A stretch of 63,037 nucleotides of DNA, counting the filler, from Lenisia limosa (Eukaryota > Protista > Breviatea): the NCBI GenBank assembly GCA_001655205.1. It is 11 parts of 11 records of this genome, joined end to end, with 100 filler letters (N's around TTAATTAATTAA, not from the genome) between each part and the next. Parts side by side here need not be neighbours in the genome. Positions count along the whole stretch, not along the records: positions 1 to 7,381 come from LPNZ01006987.1; positions 7,482 to 12,891 come from LPNZ01002498.1; 9 more parts are not named here. One strand, 5' to 3'. Of this stretch, positions 1 to 11,192 are shown piece after piece; position 1 is the first letter of the stretch; the number at the start of each line of letters is the position of its first letter. The position numbers were made by a program, and so were the translations under genes. Under the pieces are notes generated by a model. It worked only from the letters and a program-made list of their open reading frames with translations, did not search any database and was not told where the DNA came from.

Positions 1-129
1 GTATTGATATTATGTTTAGTATAGTACTATATGATAAATAAATCTATATCTTATATCCTACATATGTATATATGATATAATATGATATATCTATCTGATC
101 TGATTTGTACATCCCTCTACCGTACATTT

Positions 130-2712
130 TCAGTGAGGGTCTGATCTTGCAGGCCAAAGGGGTCATCACCAAGGACAGAGTGCTTCCGGGCATGTTCAAT
201 ACTGCTTTCTCTATGGTGTATAAGTTTGTATCCAAGATTATTTTCCAGTTCTCAAAAAAGAGTGAGAAAAAAGGTAAGAGTTTTACTGTTCGTTTAATTG
301 ACATCTTCGTTCCGAAAAGACCCTTGGAATAATCGAGAAATTCAATCATTTTAAAACCCTGCTGCATACTATTGCTGGGACTAATGTATGATACGATACA
401 TTTCATCATCATGATATAATATGATATGTAAAATGTGACATTCAAATACCATTCACAGCGTATCAATTGAATCATCAGTTTGAATAATACTTATAATTTC
501 CCTCTCACGACAAAGCGTCAATCTGGTTGTTTTCAAACTAAAAGGTAAGAGTATGGTGAGTTAAAATGTTAATATAATTACCATTAGTTAATATCAAGGT
601 TTCATCGGATAGTGATGATGACAAAAAACAAGCAATGATGACAAAAAACAACCTCGGATAGCAATGATGACAAAAAACAACCTCCGATAGCGATACCTAG
701 CGACAACTAGTACTCCACATACATCCAACATCTGACCGAATGGCAGGACCACGCCGGGTGTGGGTTGCCACTCCGGAGGCACCACCCAATTCGAGGGTTC
801 CACTGGGCTGATAAAAATGGAAAACATTATAGAACAACATTATTCGTTCAACTACATGTATAATAGACTACTAACACAGGCAACATACCCAAATCTTTGG
901 CTGATTTCTCGTTATCGAAAGAGAAAAAGGCCTCACCGCCGGTTCCGACAAAACACGGCGAATGTGGCGGGCTTTNNNNNNNNNNNNNNNNNNNNNNNNN
1001 NNNNNNNNNNNNNNNNNNNNNNNNNNNNNNNNNNNNNNNNNNNNNNNNNNNNNNNNNNNNNTAAAAAAAGGTGTATCTTGTTAGCAGTCACCATCACGTT
1101 AATAAGAGATATTAATTATCATCTGCACCAAAAAAAGACCACAATCCACATACAGGTAGTTTTTCCTTTGTTTTGGGAGGGGCAGGCTGGGTTTGGACGG
1201 AAGTGGCGGGATAGCGCGACGCCTCTGAGTTGAGTGACGTCATCTGAGGCTTTGTTAGGATCTTATTATGGTATAGTAACGTATAGGATATGATATCAAT
1301 AATACATGTTATGTGTACTATCATATATTGCAATGTGAAATTAAAAACAAGGCTGAAGCCGCCGTCCACACCATCACGATATAAGAGATATTGAATTATA
1401 GTAGATATCAATGTAGAATAAAATCATACATTGTCAACGGTAACATCCAAAAAGGGCAAAAAACCCTTAACGAATCGATATTGAAACGATCTGAAAGGTG
1501 ACATACCTGGATCGGCGACAAAGGCGAGTGGCCCTGAATGGACACGGACGATGACGTGGCGTGGACCTTCGGCAATGGTGTCGTTGGTGCCGACGGGAGG
1601 AGAGAGCGGGAAATGGTGTGAGTGGCTGGGTTGGAGGTTTCGTGGTAATGGTGATGGTGGTGATGATGGACGTGGATCATGGGGTTGTTCTGGGAGGAGG
1701 AGGGTGATTGGTATAAATGAAAACAGAAACAATAACAAATCTGTTGGTTAAGCAGTTGAAAAAAAGAGGCTTCAAAAACAAGAACAAAATAAAAACCCAG
1801 GCCCCATTCTAATGTGTATAATACTGCTTAGGCTAGCTGACACCCTGCTCAATTTGATTCAACGGGTACGAAAATGATAGGGGAGCATTACATATCATAT
1901 AGTGAACTTCGAAATATATTTGCATTCATTTCATGATCTCAATCTCAGATACTTTCATGAGAAAACCATCGATAGGTTTCCATTGAAACAAAATACACCG
2001 ACATGCAGCGGGTTAATAACACCGAAGCAGAAACTCAATACACATTGTAGGTGAGGACTAGGTACACTGATCAATAACTTATTCTGTTCTTTGTGAATAA
2101 CCACCTATGATTTGAGAAATGAGACTTCAAGAAGGAAGAATCTAGAAGAAGATGCCAACAACATCACATGATCCCCCCTCCCCATACCTGAATTTCAGTG
2201 AGACTGCTGGTGGCTTGTACCGCTTCCTCCTCCATCTTCAACAGGAGGTCGCTGCATTGTTTAATCAAACCCATTAATTTATCAGAAAAAAATAAAGCTT
2301 AGATGGTCTAGGAGGTTTATACTGCCTCCAAGGATGGCCTGAATATTTCCAAGCTGGAAACGAGGAAAGCCCCTACTTTGAAGTGGCGGAAGGAAGCTGG
2401 GAGACGTGAAGAGAGTTACGTGGTGAGTGGTGTTGCACAGTTCGGATTGAGCTTCGAAGGAAGGGGTTGCTGCTTTTGGCCAGGACCTTGTTTATTCGCC
2501 CGCTTGTAGTGAGCAGGGATAGACTTTCGGGTGATGCCATATCGACAATTGCGTTCAGGATCGGGGGGAAAAACAAAAGAAAACAAACACACAATCTCCA
2601 CACCAATGCCACAATCGAATGGAAAGCGAGAGGAGAGGCGAGATGAGCCTTGGATTTGCCCTGGATGAGCCAAGGATGATATGAGAAAGGGTCCAATTTT
2701 GTGGGTTTGCAT
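130..2712 (-). CDS. Probable multi-exon gene of unknown function (approximate extent)
   Basis: Open minus-strand segments bounded by strong donors (GTATGT near 720, 890 and 1505; GTACGG near 122) and YAG acceptors, e.g. VGTNDTIAEGPRHVIVRVHSGPLAFVADP at ~1505-1600. No family recognised and exon phases not resolved. Confidence 0.4.
612..690. repeat. Short tandem repeat (GCAATGATGACAAAAAACAA-like, ~3 copies)
   Basis: Three near-identical ATGATGACAAAAAACAA units visible directly. Confidence 0.85.
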
Positions 2713-2887
2713 GCCCCCAGATATTTATGAATTTAAGTTCTCCGTCGTTTTTTCACCGTTTTTTGCTTAGGTGGCTAGGAGGAATTGAGGAGGAGGGCGA
2801 AGCAGCAGCCTGACGACAGAAAATTTGGGATAATAGGTTTAGAGAGTGACATGATTTAAGACTGGTGTTTTGTTTTTTTGAGAGAGA

Positions 2888-5800
2888 ATGGCGGACTCAA
2901 TTGCCACTCACGATGACGTGACGTCATTCATACACAGCTTAATTAATGCAGATACCCTCACATTGGTTTGTACTTGCTGGTTCCCCCTTTTTTTTCACTC
3001 TCCTTCAGAGATGGGGGCTCTTTGAACGTCTTAGAAGGACTAAACAGCATATTATCCTCAAACGGTTGTCAGATTGAGGCTTTGGGACCTTTCTCATCAA
3101 TGTAGTGTGTTGACCTTGAATGGTCTTTCGATCATTGCACAGTATATTGAAGAGGCTATCCAGATGTCTCCCTCTGTGAAAAGAAAGCGAGTGGAAAGGA
3201 ATAACCTTCTTGTTGCTAGTCTCCAGGTGAAAGGGGTATTCTAGTTAAGCTGATCAATCTCTTTGATCTTTGTCATGTGCAAATATATCTAAAATCTCTA
3301 TCTTCTCCAATCGTATTTTAGCTAAAGCTCTTGAGTGTTTATTTTGACTAGTTGTTCTTGAGGCAGGGCAGTATTGACCATCTAGAGTATCGAACACCTT
3401 CCTGTTGATTCAAACCATTTGAAGGACCCCCTCCCCAGCTGCCTCGGTCGCCTCAAGAAGTTTGGAAGCAAACGTGAGGGCTCTGCTAACTATCTTCCAT
3501 GTTGAGAATGGGTATATTATTAAATAAGGGAATTGTCAATTAACTTTCTTTGCTTTCTTTTCAATGGATACATCAATGTTGACCACGATAGAAATTGAAG
3601 AGCTTGCTGAGGACATTTACTCAAGATGGTCCCTTGTCAATCCTGAGGTACGTAGGGGCACGAGGGGAGTGGGTTTGATTGTTTTGGAGATATTGTTTTA
3701 GGAGAGCAAGAAAATAGGTACATTAAATGGAAAATATAATCTTGGAATGTATCTAGTGGTACCCTAAAACACAATTACCAGCAAAGTTGTGTGATGTACC
3801 ATTTACCTCCCTTTTTTTAATGGCATTTTAGGTCTTCAAAGAAGCAGAAGACGCCGAAGAAATTCGAGAGGCAGCAGAGAAGAAAAAGAGAGAACTTCGT
3901 AAAATGCTTGATGAAAAGAAAGTCGAAAGAGAGGCTAGGAAAGGTTGGATGGGGTTTGTAGGGCCCCGTGCAATTAATTGAAGAAATATTTGCAAAATTT
4001 GAAGTGAGCCTTGTTGTATCGAGACCCCCTTTTCAGACACTTTAATTAATCTAATTTTGTCAATTAATTTCTTCAAACAATTAATTGCACGGAGCCCAAC
4101 AAATAATTACAAAAAGGCATTTTCTCGATAAATCTTCGATCTGATTTTTTAAAGAGTACATTGTTGTGTAGAGGAATACGTTTTGTGAAACATTCTGGAA
4201 CACCGCCACTACCACTTAAAGAAGCTTGACCAGCTTGCAATTAGTTGAAAATTAATGTGTCGCTTCAAGGGGGAGTGCCAAGAGGCTGCTTTTTTGCGTG
4301 CTTCACCTTGGTCCAAAAAAAGGCTGAATTTCTCAATAAATCATGACTGACAATTGGTTGACCTTAATAGCCTCGAAGCTTCGTGATGAAATTCTGCAGC
4401 TCCAGTCGGACTCCACCCTCGATAAACTCACTAACGCTGAACGCCGCGTTAATATCATTGAGAGACTCATTGCGGCCAAGTTGATGAACAAAAGTGAGTA
4501 GTGTTGATTCTCTGTTTAGTTTCACGCTTTCATAAATATGATCACCTTTATTAATATTGGATCAATTGCACACCTAATTATGTCGATAATAGGGGTACCA
4601 TCCCACTCCTAATTATGTCGATAATGACCATCCCACTCCTAATTATGTCGATAATGGGGGTACCATCTCACTCCCAATTATGTCGATAATGGGGGTACCA
4701 TCCCACACCTAATTTTGTAGACGAGGCGCTTCTGACAATGGCTAAACAGAAAGTTGAGGGCTACAAGGGCGACAAAATTGTTGAGGAGGAGGTCAAGAAA
4801 GAAGAGGAAGAGAAAAGGAAGGAGGAGAAAGAAAAGGCTCGTCTGGACGAAGAGAAGAAGCAGAGGAAAGAGGAAAAAGTTCGTGAAGAGCATAGGCTTC
4901 GACTTGAGAAAATTGATATGGAGAACAAAAAACGGGCAGAAGACGCCAAACATCTCATTATTGCAAGTGATGAGGATGAAGAAGACTCGGGAGATGACAA
5001 AGAAGTGCAAAATGCGGCAGAAAATGATGGAGAGATGATGAGAGAGGAGAAGAAGAGGAAAGAAGAGGAGGAGAAGAAGAGGAAAGAAGAGGAGGAGAAG
5101 AAGAGAAGGGAAGAGGAGGAAGAAAAGCAGAGAATTGAAGAAGAGGAGAAGCAAAGGGAAGAAGAGGAAGAAAAGCAGAGAATTAAAGAGGAGAAGAAGA
5201 AGAGAAGGGAAGAGGAGGAAGAAAAGCAGAGAATTAAAGAAGAGGAGAAGCAAAGGGAAGAGGAAGAAGAAAGAAGAAAAGAGATAGAGAAAAAAGAGGT
5301 TGAGGAAGAAGAGAAAAGAAAACGCAAAGAAGAAAGGCAAAAGGAGAGGGAAAGAAGGAGGAGAGAAGAGGTCGTAAGAAGAGAGGAAGAGGAAATTAGA
5401 GAAAGAGAAGAAAGAGAAGAAGAAGAAAGAGAAGAAAGAAGAGAAGCAGAAAGAAAGCAAAAGAAGTATGATGAAAGAAGACAAAGGAGAGAAGAGAAGA
5501 GAAGAATGAGAGAACAAGAAGAAGAGCAACGGGAAGAAGAAGAAAAGCAGAAGAAGGAGGAAAAGAGACACCAAGAAGAGGAACAGCGGAGGCAAGCTGA
5601 AAGCGAACAAGAACTGGAAGAACAGGATGACCGCAAGGCAAAACGTGAGAAATTGCGCCAACAAAGACGACGCCAGCGCGTGGATCTGGAACCGGAAGAA
5701 GAAGAGGAACAGAAGACACCAAGGCCGGCTGAAGAGTCTCGAGAGGAGAGGAGAGTGAGGCGGGAACGTGAGCGCCGGCGGCGTCGCCATGGCCATGATG

Positions 5801-7089
5801 ATGAACAGGAGGATCTTAAAGAGCTTCAAGGTCTGGAGGAGCAAGAGGACCAAGAGGAGCAGAAGGAGCAGGAGGAGCAGGAAGAGAGCCGTGAGGAGCG
5901 CAAGCGGAAACGGGATCTTTTGAGACAACAAAGGAGAGATCGGCTCGTTGGTGGGGACAAGAAGCCCGTGGCGCAAGATGCCATGGAAGAGCTGAAGGAG
6001 GAGAGAAATGATGACCACATGGAGGAAAAAAATGATGACCACATGGAGGAGAAAAATGACGATGACCACGTGGAGGAGAGCAAGACAGACCGAGCCAGTG
6101 AAACGCGGGAGGAGCGAACGAGGCGACGGGCATTGGAGCGCCAACTCAGACGCTCAAAAGCCAAAAAGCAGGAGGCAGAGGGAGAGAGCGACCATGTGGA
6201 GCGTGGGGCTCGTAATGAACAGCCCGTTTCAGGAGAAAAAGAGGAGAAGCATGTTTCAAAAGAGAAAAAAGAGATGCCTGTTTCAAGAGAGAATGAGAGT
6301 CGAGAAGATCGCCTCAAACGAAGAGCAATGGAGCGCAAGCAGCGCAGAGAACAACAAGAAAGAGAGGCACCGACGGAAGAAAAGGAGGAGGAGACTCGGG
6401 AGGAACGAAGAAGAAAAAGAGATTTAGCTAGAAGACGTCCGAAACCTCGGGATGTACATGCGGAAGTTGAGGAGCCACGCGATGTGCATGTGGAAGTTGA
6501 GGAGCCACGCGATGTGCATGCGGAAGTTGAGGAGCCTCTTGAGCCAAGCCGGCTTGAGGAGGAGGAAAAGGGCCCTGCAGATGACCAGAGAGACAGCGTA
6601 TGCAGGGGTGTTCCAACTGAATTTAAGTTTTCAACGTGTTAATGGTAGAAGTGGATTTAGGTCATATATTTAATTTTTGTAAAGTATTGTGTCACCAATA
6701 AGGATGCCAAGTAATTCAAATTGGTTGGGCGCCTTCATTTTTAACACATGCCTTTGAAAGGAATTACTGACTTATTGAAACTCTTATTTTTGTTTTTACT
6801 CTTGAAACCCAAATTTGGTCCGAAATAAACACTAAATGATTGACATAACTCAGATGAATCAATAAACCGCAGTTGTCAAGCCGCTAATCATTCAGCACTC
6901 CGACGGCGGGGACAACAGCGAGGACGAGAAGCAAGACAAGCTTCGCAAGATGCGTGCTATGCGGCGGCGTGAGGCCAATCGTCCTTCACGGCGCGCCAAG
7001 ACGAAGAACAAGTCCGGTGGCGATGGCGATGAAGTCGACTTTTCCGATGTGGAGTACGTCCGTGATGATGAGGAAGATTATAAAATGTT
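2888..7089 (+). CDS. Multi-exon gene, large Glu/Lys/Arg-rich low-complexity (coiled-coil) protein, 3' partial
   Basis: Putative start MADSIATHDD at 2888; short exons ~3575-3647 and ~3832-3943; ~1.9-kb exon 4721-6597 (ORF 4738-6642) ending at a GTATGC donor; further exon ~6895-7085 (KLRKMRAMRRREANRPSRR). Internal peptide repeats (EEKNDDHM, PRDVHAEVEE). Confidence 0.7.
3959..4099. mobile_element. MITE family B (TIR TAGGGCTCCGTGCAATTAATTG)
   Basis: Inverted termini TAGGGCCCCGTGCAATTAATTG ... CAATTAATTGCACGGAGCCC; homologous copy at 55968-56099. No clean TSD seen. Confidence 0.8.
4571..4714. repeat. Intronic minisatellite, ~35-bp unit x4 (CCTAATTATGTCGATAATGGGGGTACCATCCCACT)
   Basis: Head-to-tail units (one internally deleted) ending just before the acceptor AG at 4719-4720. 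Confidence 0.9.
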
Positions 7090-7381
7090 GGGGGGGGGGG
7101 GCTATTATGNNNNNNNNNNNNNNNNNNNNNNNNNNNGTATTTGCAGTCTTTTTTGGGATCATAGGTAAGCCCTCGATACAATACATCAATCAGTCGTTTA
7201 CCCCCTCCTTCTACTGTCTTAAAACTGACTCCATAGTTAGGTAGAAAATATCCACTAAATTAACTCCCGTTTTACAATTCGGTTCGTGATAAGTGCCTTT
7301 ACGCCACTATTCCTCATCGAAATTTCCTTCGTTTTACCAAGTGACTTTTGTTTTGTTGTTATCAACCCTTGTATGTTGTCA

Positions 7382-7481
7382 NNNNNNNNNNNNNNNNNNN
7401 NNNNNNNNNNNNNNNNNNNNNNNNNTTAATTAATTAANNNNNNNNNNNNNNNNNNNNNNNNNNNNNNNNNNNNNNNNNNNN
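7382..7481. other. Artificial scaffold-joining spacer (44 N + TTAATTAATTAA + 44 N); first of ten
   Basis: Identical 12-mer with stops in all six frames, centred in N runs, at 7426, 12936, 18559, 40465, 41927, 47198, 50387, 58056, 59754 and 61958. The window is 11 concatenated scaffolds. Confidence 0.97.
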
Positions 7482-7482
7482 G

Positions 7483-7560
7483 TTGGCTGACAACACACAA
7501 GCGTTGGTAACAACAAAACAAACAACGCCCATGTCAGTCGCTTCTGCAGCAACGCATCAA
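7483..7560 (-). repeat. R1 dispersed repeat, partial copy
   Basis: GTTGGCTGACAACACACAAGCGTTGGTAACAACAAAACAAACAACGCCC...GCTTCTGCAGCAACGCATC matches copies at 55067-55180, 55600-55706 and 62152-62381. An opposite-strand fragment lies at 7346-7381. Confidence 0.8.
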
Positions 7561-8178
7561 GTAAATATAGAACACAAAGGATTTTTACAGAAATAGGAAC
7601 TGTGTAAAAACCTGTATCATAAAAGGTGACATGATTTACTACTAATATTTGACAGAAAGCGTCAATATTATGTAGCTATATATATATTAAAAGCGAAAGT
7701 AAAATATTTCTATTTTTAAAGGACGTATCGATTAATCTGTCTTTTGTTAACCCCTGTGTGAAGCTCTAGTATCTAACCAAAGGAGGAAACTATGAACATA
7801 TAACATGATTGCGATGGACATTTGGACTTTTCCAAACCACACTTCAATAATTATACATTTTTTGGTAGAATATGACTTAAATATGATCCTTTTTCTGCTC
7901 TCCACTTCTATACAGAAAAGAAATATAAGGAAAAGCAAAGAATTGTCTAGAACAACTTCAGAACCTTGAGTTCTATTAACACTAGGTAATATACCGCCAT
8001 ATGAAACATTTCATAATATAAAAACGGAAAATATCCCCTTTTGAAGGATGTGGGGACTATTTGCCCTCTTAGGAGCGAAATGAGAGGAAAATGAGCAATT
8101 CAATTGAATACTAGTAATTATGGGCAGATGGACACTCGTCAAAAGCGGGGTCTACTATCCTAAAATAACCAGTCATAC

Positions 8179-8604
8179 CTTTCCTCTAGGATTCAAACGA
8201 AGAAAAGAGGGGCTTTTATGGTCTCTACGGCTGAATGTCACCATCTTGCCGGTGTATGGGATGTTCTTTTCAAAAAGGCAGAGCTGGCACCTCCACGCCT
8301 CCATGGCACCACTGCCCCACCAGAGCACCATGCCTACTCCGTTAGTTGTCGTAGCACTCTTTGGGAAAGTCTTAACAGGACTTACCTTCGGGAGTTGAGA
8401 TATCAGACACCTCTTCGAGCTTGGCAACAGGGGCAACAGGGGGAACTGCGATCTTCGAGAGGTACGATGCCTACGTAGTCAGAAAAAACTCCTCTGACAA
8501 ACCTCCTGTGATACTATCTCCTGGAGAGCAGCGGTGCGTTTCTTCTTAGCTTGGATAGAATCGAAATCCACATGGACATTGCCTTTGCGCTTGTTTTCTT
8601 CCAT
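8179..8604 (-). CDS. Glutathione S-transferase N-terminal domain (rho-class/GST-A-like) with ~60-aa N-terminal extension; first three exons
   Basis: Spliced model MEENKRKG...IVSQE|ASYLSK...TPE|GMVLWWGSGAMEAWRCQLCLFEKNIPYTGKMVTFSRRDHKSPSFLRLNPRGK matches the recalled LYWGSGSPPCWRV..LEEK..HKS....NPRG pattern. Two short introns with CTGAC/CTAAC branch motifs. Downstream exons not resolved. Confidence 0.7.
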
Positions 8605-8769
8605 TGTTCAGTCTGGTTAACTTCCTACAAAACAAACTAAGACTGATATATGGATTAAGAAGTTTAAAAGCTAAAAGAAATCCAGAGTTTAAAGTTGGCT
8701 TCTAGAATATTCTGGAAGGCTGGAACAATCGGCTCTCGGTAAAAATCCTCGGAGTGAGTCATCATTATT

Positions 8770-10925
8770 TTCGATTTCCTCGTCATCGGTACCTTACATG
8801 TTGTTCCCTTGCCACACACACAGCCCTTCTGCCCGCCCGCATCCTCTTCTTTCTCTCATCCAGCTTTTATCTTCTCATTTTCTCAAAATCAATAATTTGA
8901 TAATTTGCGCACCAACGAGCTTCAACGTTGCAATTTTCAACAAATCACAAACATATCATCATATCAGACGACTACAGTTCTGCAATCCTGCAATTATTTG
9001 TTGCGATTGTTTGAGTTATGCCATGATGCCAGTCAATAAACGTAAATATGATGCGTACCAGAAGGGTGATGATGCGATGGTGCCAATAAACAAATATAAA
9101 GATAACTTTGATCCAAAACAAAACTCCATCATCCACGCCATTATTTAACAGCATATGCTTCACGCTNNNNNNNNNNNNNNNNNNNNNNNNNNNNNNNNNN
9201 NNNNNNNNNNNNNNNNNNNNNNNNNNNNAGGAAATCGGACCAGTTCGTCTACTTGGGGGGAGATGTCACTGAAGAAAGCAGCTTTGACACGGACTCTAAG
9301 CCACCAAGCATTTCCTGGAGAATTATTTGGCAACATTCAAGAGATTGTTCTGAGAACTAATATCTTGGGCTTCACTTCGGTTTTAAAACAATAAATCTTC
9401 GAAAATTATCGAAATTTTACTGGTAGCAATAAGATGAACAAAATCACTTTCAATTCTCCAGGCCCTATCATAAAAAAAAACGGCATTTTCCGAAAAAGAA
9501 AGCCCAAGCAGGCTACACCTCATCAACACCAAAATGGGGTAAACCTGGAGTTTACAGTTGTGATATCATTTGTTCTCATCTATGTTCCCTTCCAACCAAA
9601 GCCTTCATTGCCACTATGCAAACCCCCCCCCCCCAATCCGAATCCATCTCCAAAGCGACTGAAGAGAGAAGGAGACGAATAAGGTTTCACTTCGGTTCAT
9701 AGTTTTCAAGGATTTATCGAGAAATTCAGTTTTTTTTTTAACCAAAGTGAAGCCCAAGGGATGAAGGTAAAATATGAAAATTGGGGGGGGGGGNNNNNNN
9801 NNNNNNNNNNNNNNNNNNNNNNNNNNNNNNNNNNNNNNNNNNNNNNNNNNNNNNNNNNNNNNNNNNNNNNNNNNNNNNNNNNNNNNTCTCAGAGCCTCGT
9901 CCTCGAGTTGTTGGAGCTCTGACTTGACAGTTTGAGACTTCTTTGGGTATTGTGTCATCGTCGCCTGGGAAGGAGGTAAGGAAAAGACAAAGGTTTGAAT
10001 CGTAAAAAAAACACAATCGGTTCTATGAGTTAAAATAAAGAATTAAAATAGGTTGTATCTGGGTGAAGCTGATTGGATCATAGTTAGGGCTTCACTTCGG
10101 TTTGAAAAATACCGGTAAAATATAGATTTCGAGGAATATCTTGCCTTACAGATATGTACAGATACATTAATAGATATGAGAGATAAAAAAAGGTTGTATC
10201 CACAGATAGTAATAATAAAACAAAGCTAAACGAACAAGAAATAAGAAATGGGGAGGGGGAGGGGGGCATTAATAAACAAAACATAAACAAAACACCAACA
10301 CCCTCAATATCAACTCTTGGTGATTTGAGATTGAGGGTTAACGGGGGAGAGGTTGTAAATCGGTAATTCACTTAACACGAAACCCCAAATTAACAAACAG
10401 CAAAACACACAAACTCAGTCCAGTTTTTCGGCAGCACTTACCACTAAAAACAGGCATTTAGGGGAATACAAAGGTAACTTGTTGGTTGAATATTTGAAAA
10501 ATGTACCCGGAGTTTTGAAACACAACATGAGAAATACACTCCCATCTGCTTACATTAACATAAGCTAGAAACAAACCTCTGGTGGGGGGGGGGTGATAGA
10601 AATTATAAAATTACTTTAGCCTATCAAAAAGAAGTGCCGAAATAAGAGCATGGCATTTGTTCTTCAGAAAAACAGAAATATTGAATCAAAAGCAAATACC
10701 ATTTATCAGCCTTATGTGGTAGGCATGTTTCTATCTCCAAAAAAATAATATCACCAACTGCCAACAAACCATTTGTTGGGGGGAAAGAGGGAGAGAAGAG
10801 ACTGGGAACGCTGGGGTCTGGGTTTGAAGCGCAGACTGCCTTAAAGGCTGCGATAATTGCGCAATGTTTGAGCGATAAAGCTCACTGTTTGCAAGAGACT
10901 CTTCAAACTTTTGCTGTCCTGACAT
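8770..10925 (-). CDS. Probable multi-exon gene of unknown function, divergent from the WW gene
   Basis: Start MSGQQKFEESLANSELY at 10925; further open exon-like segments at ~9890-9965 (TMTQYPKKSQTVKSELQQLEDEALR) and ~9235-9350. The 3' end is approximate. Confidence 0.4.
9680..9757. mobile_element. hAT MITE family A, internally deleted copy
   Basis: TAAGGTTTCACTTCGGTT...AACCAAAGTGAAGCCCAA; flanks GAGACGAA/GGGATGAA (6/8 match). Confidence 0.8.
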
Positions 10926-11192
10926 TTTTAAGAACTTAAATGACTTATCCAATATTTATATTTCAAACTGTTTTCTGCTCCTAAATATGTTGAAAAGGGC
11001 TTTGAAGGGCACCAGAAAGCGGTGAAAAGAAGATCCGTATAAACACCAAGAGTTTGTTTATATGAAAAAAGAAATGAACAAAACAGCATTTTATGAGCAC
11101 TAATTTGCCAATATTGTATATAAGAAAGAATAAAACAGTTTAAGAATCACGTCGTAATCTGATTTTTTATTTGGTGAATTGGTGCGGCCAAA

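Noticed and set aside
720-810. NTPDase ACR4-like motif GTLELGGAS
   Set aside because: The following residues do not fit and no other apyrase conserved regions were found.
4678-6144. Long antisense and alternate-frame ORFs rich in Leu/Phe/Ser
   Set aside because: Shadows of the purine-rich E/K/R coding strand.
7426-7437. Repeated TTAATTAATTAA palindrome as a biological motif (piggyBac TTAA or PacI-like site)
   Set aside because: Always centred in a 44N+12+44N block; an assembly linker.
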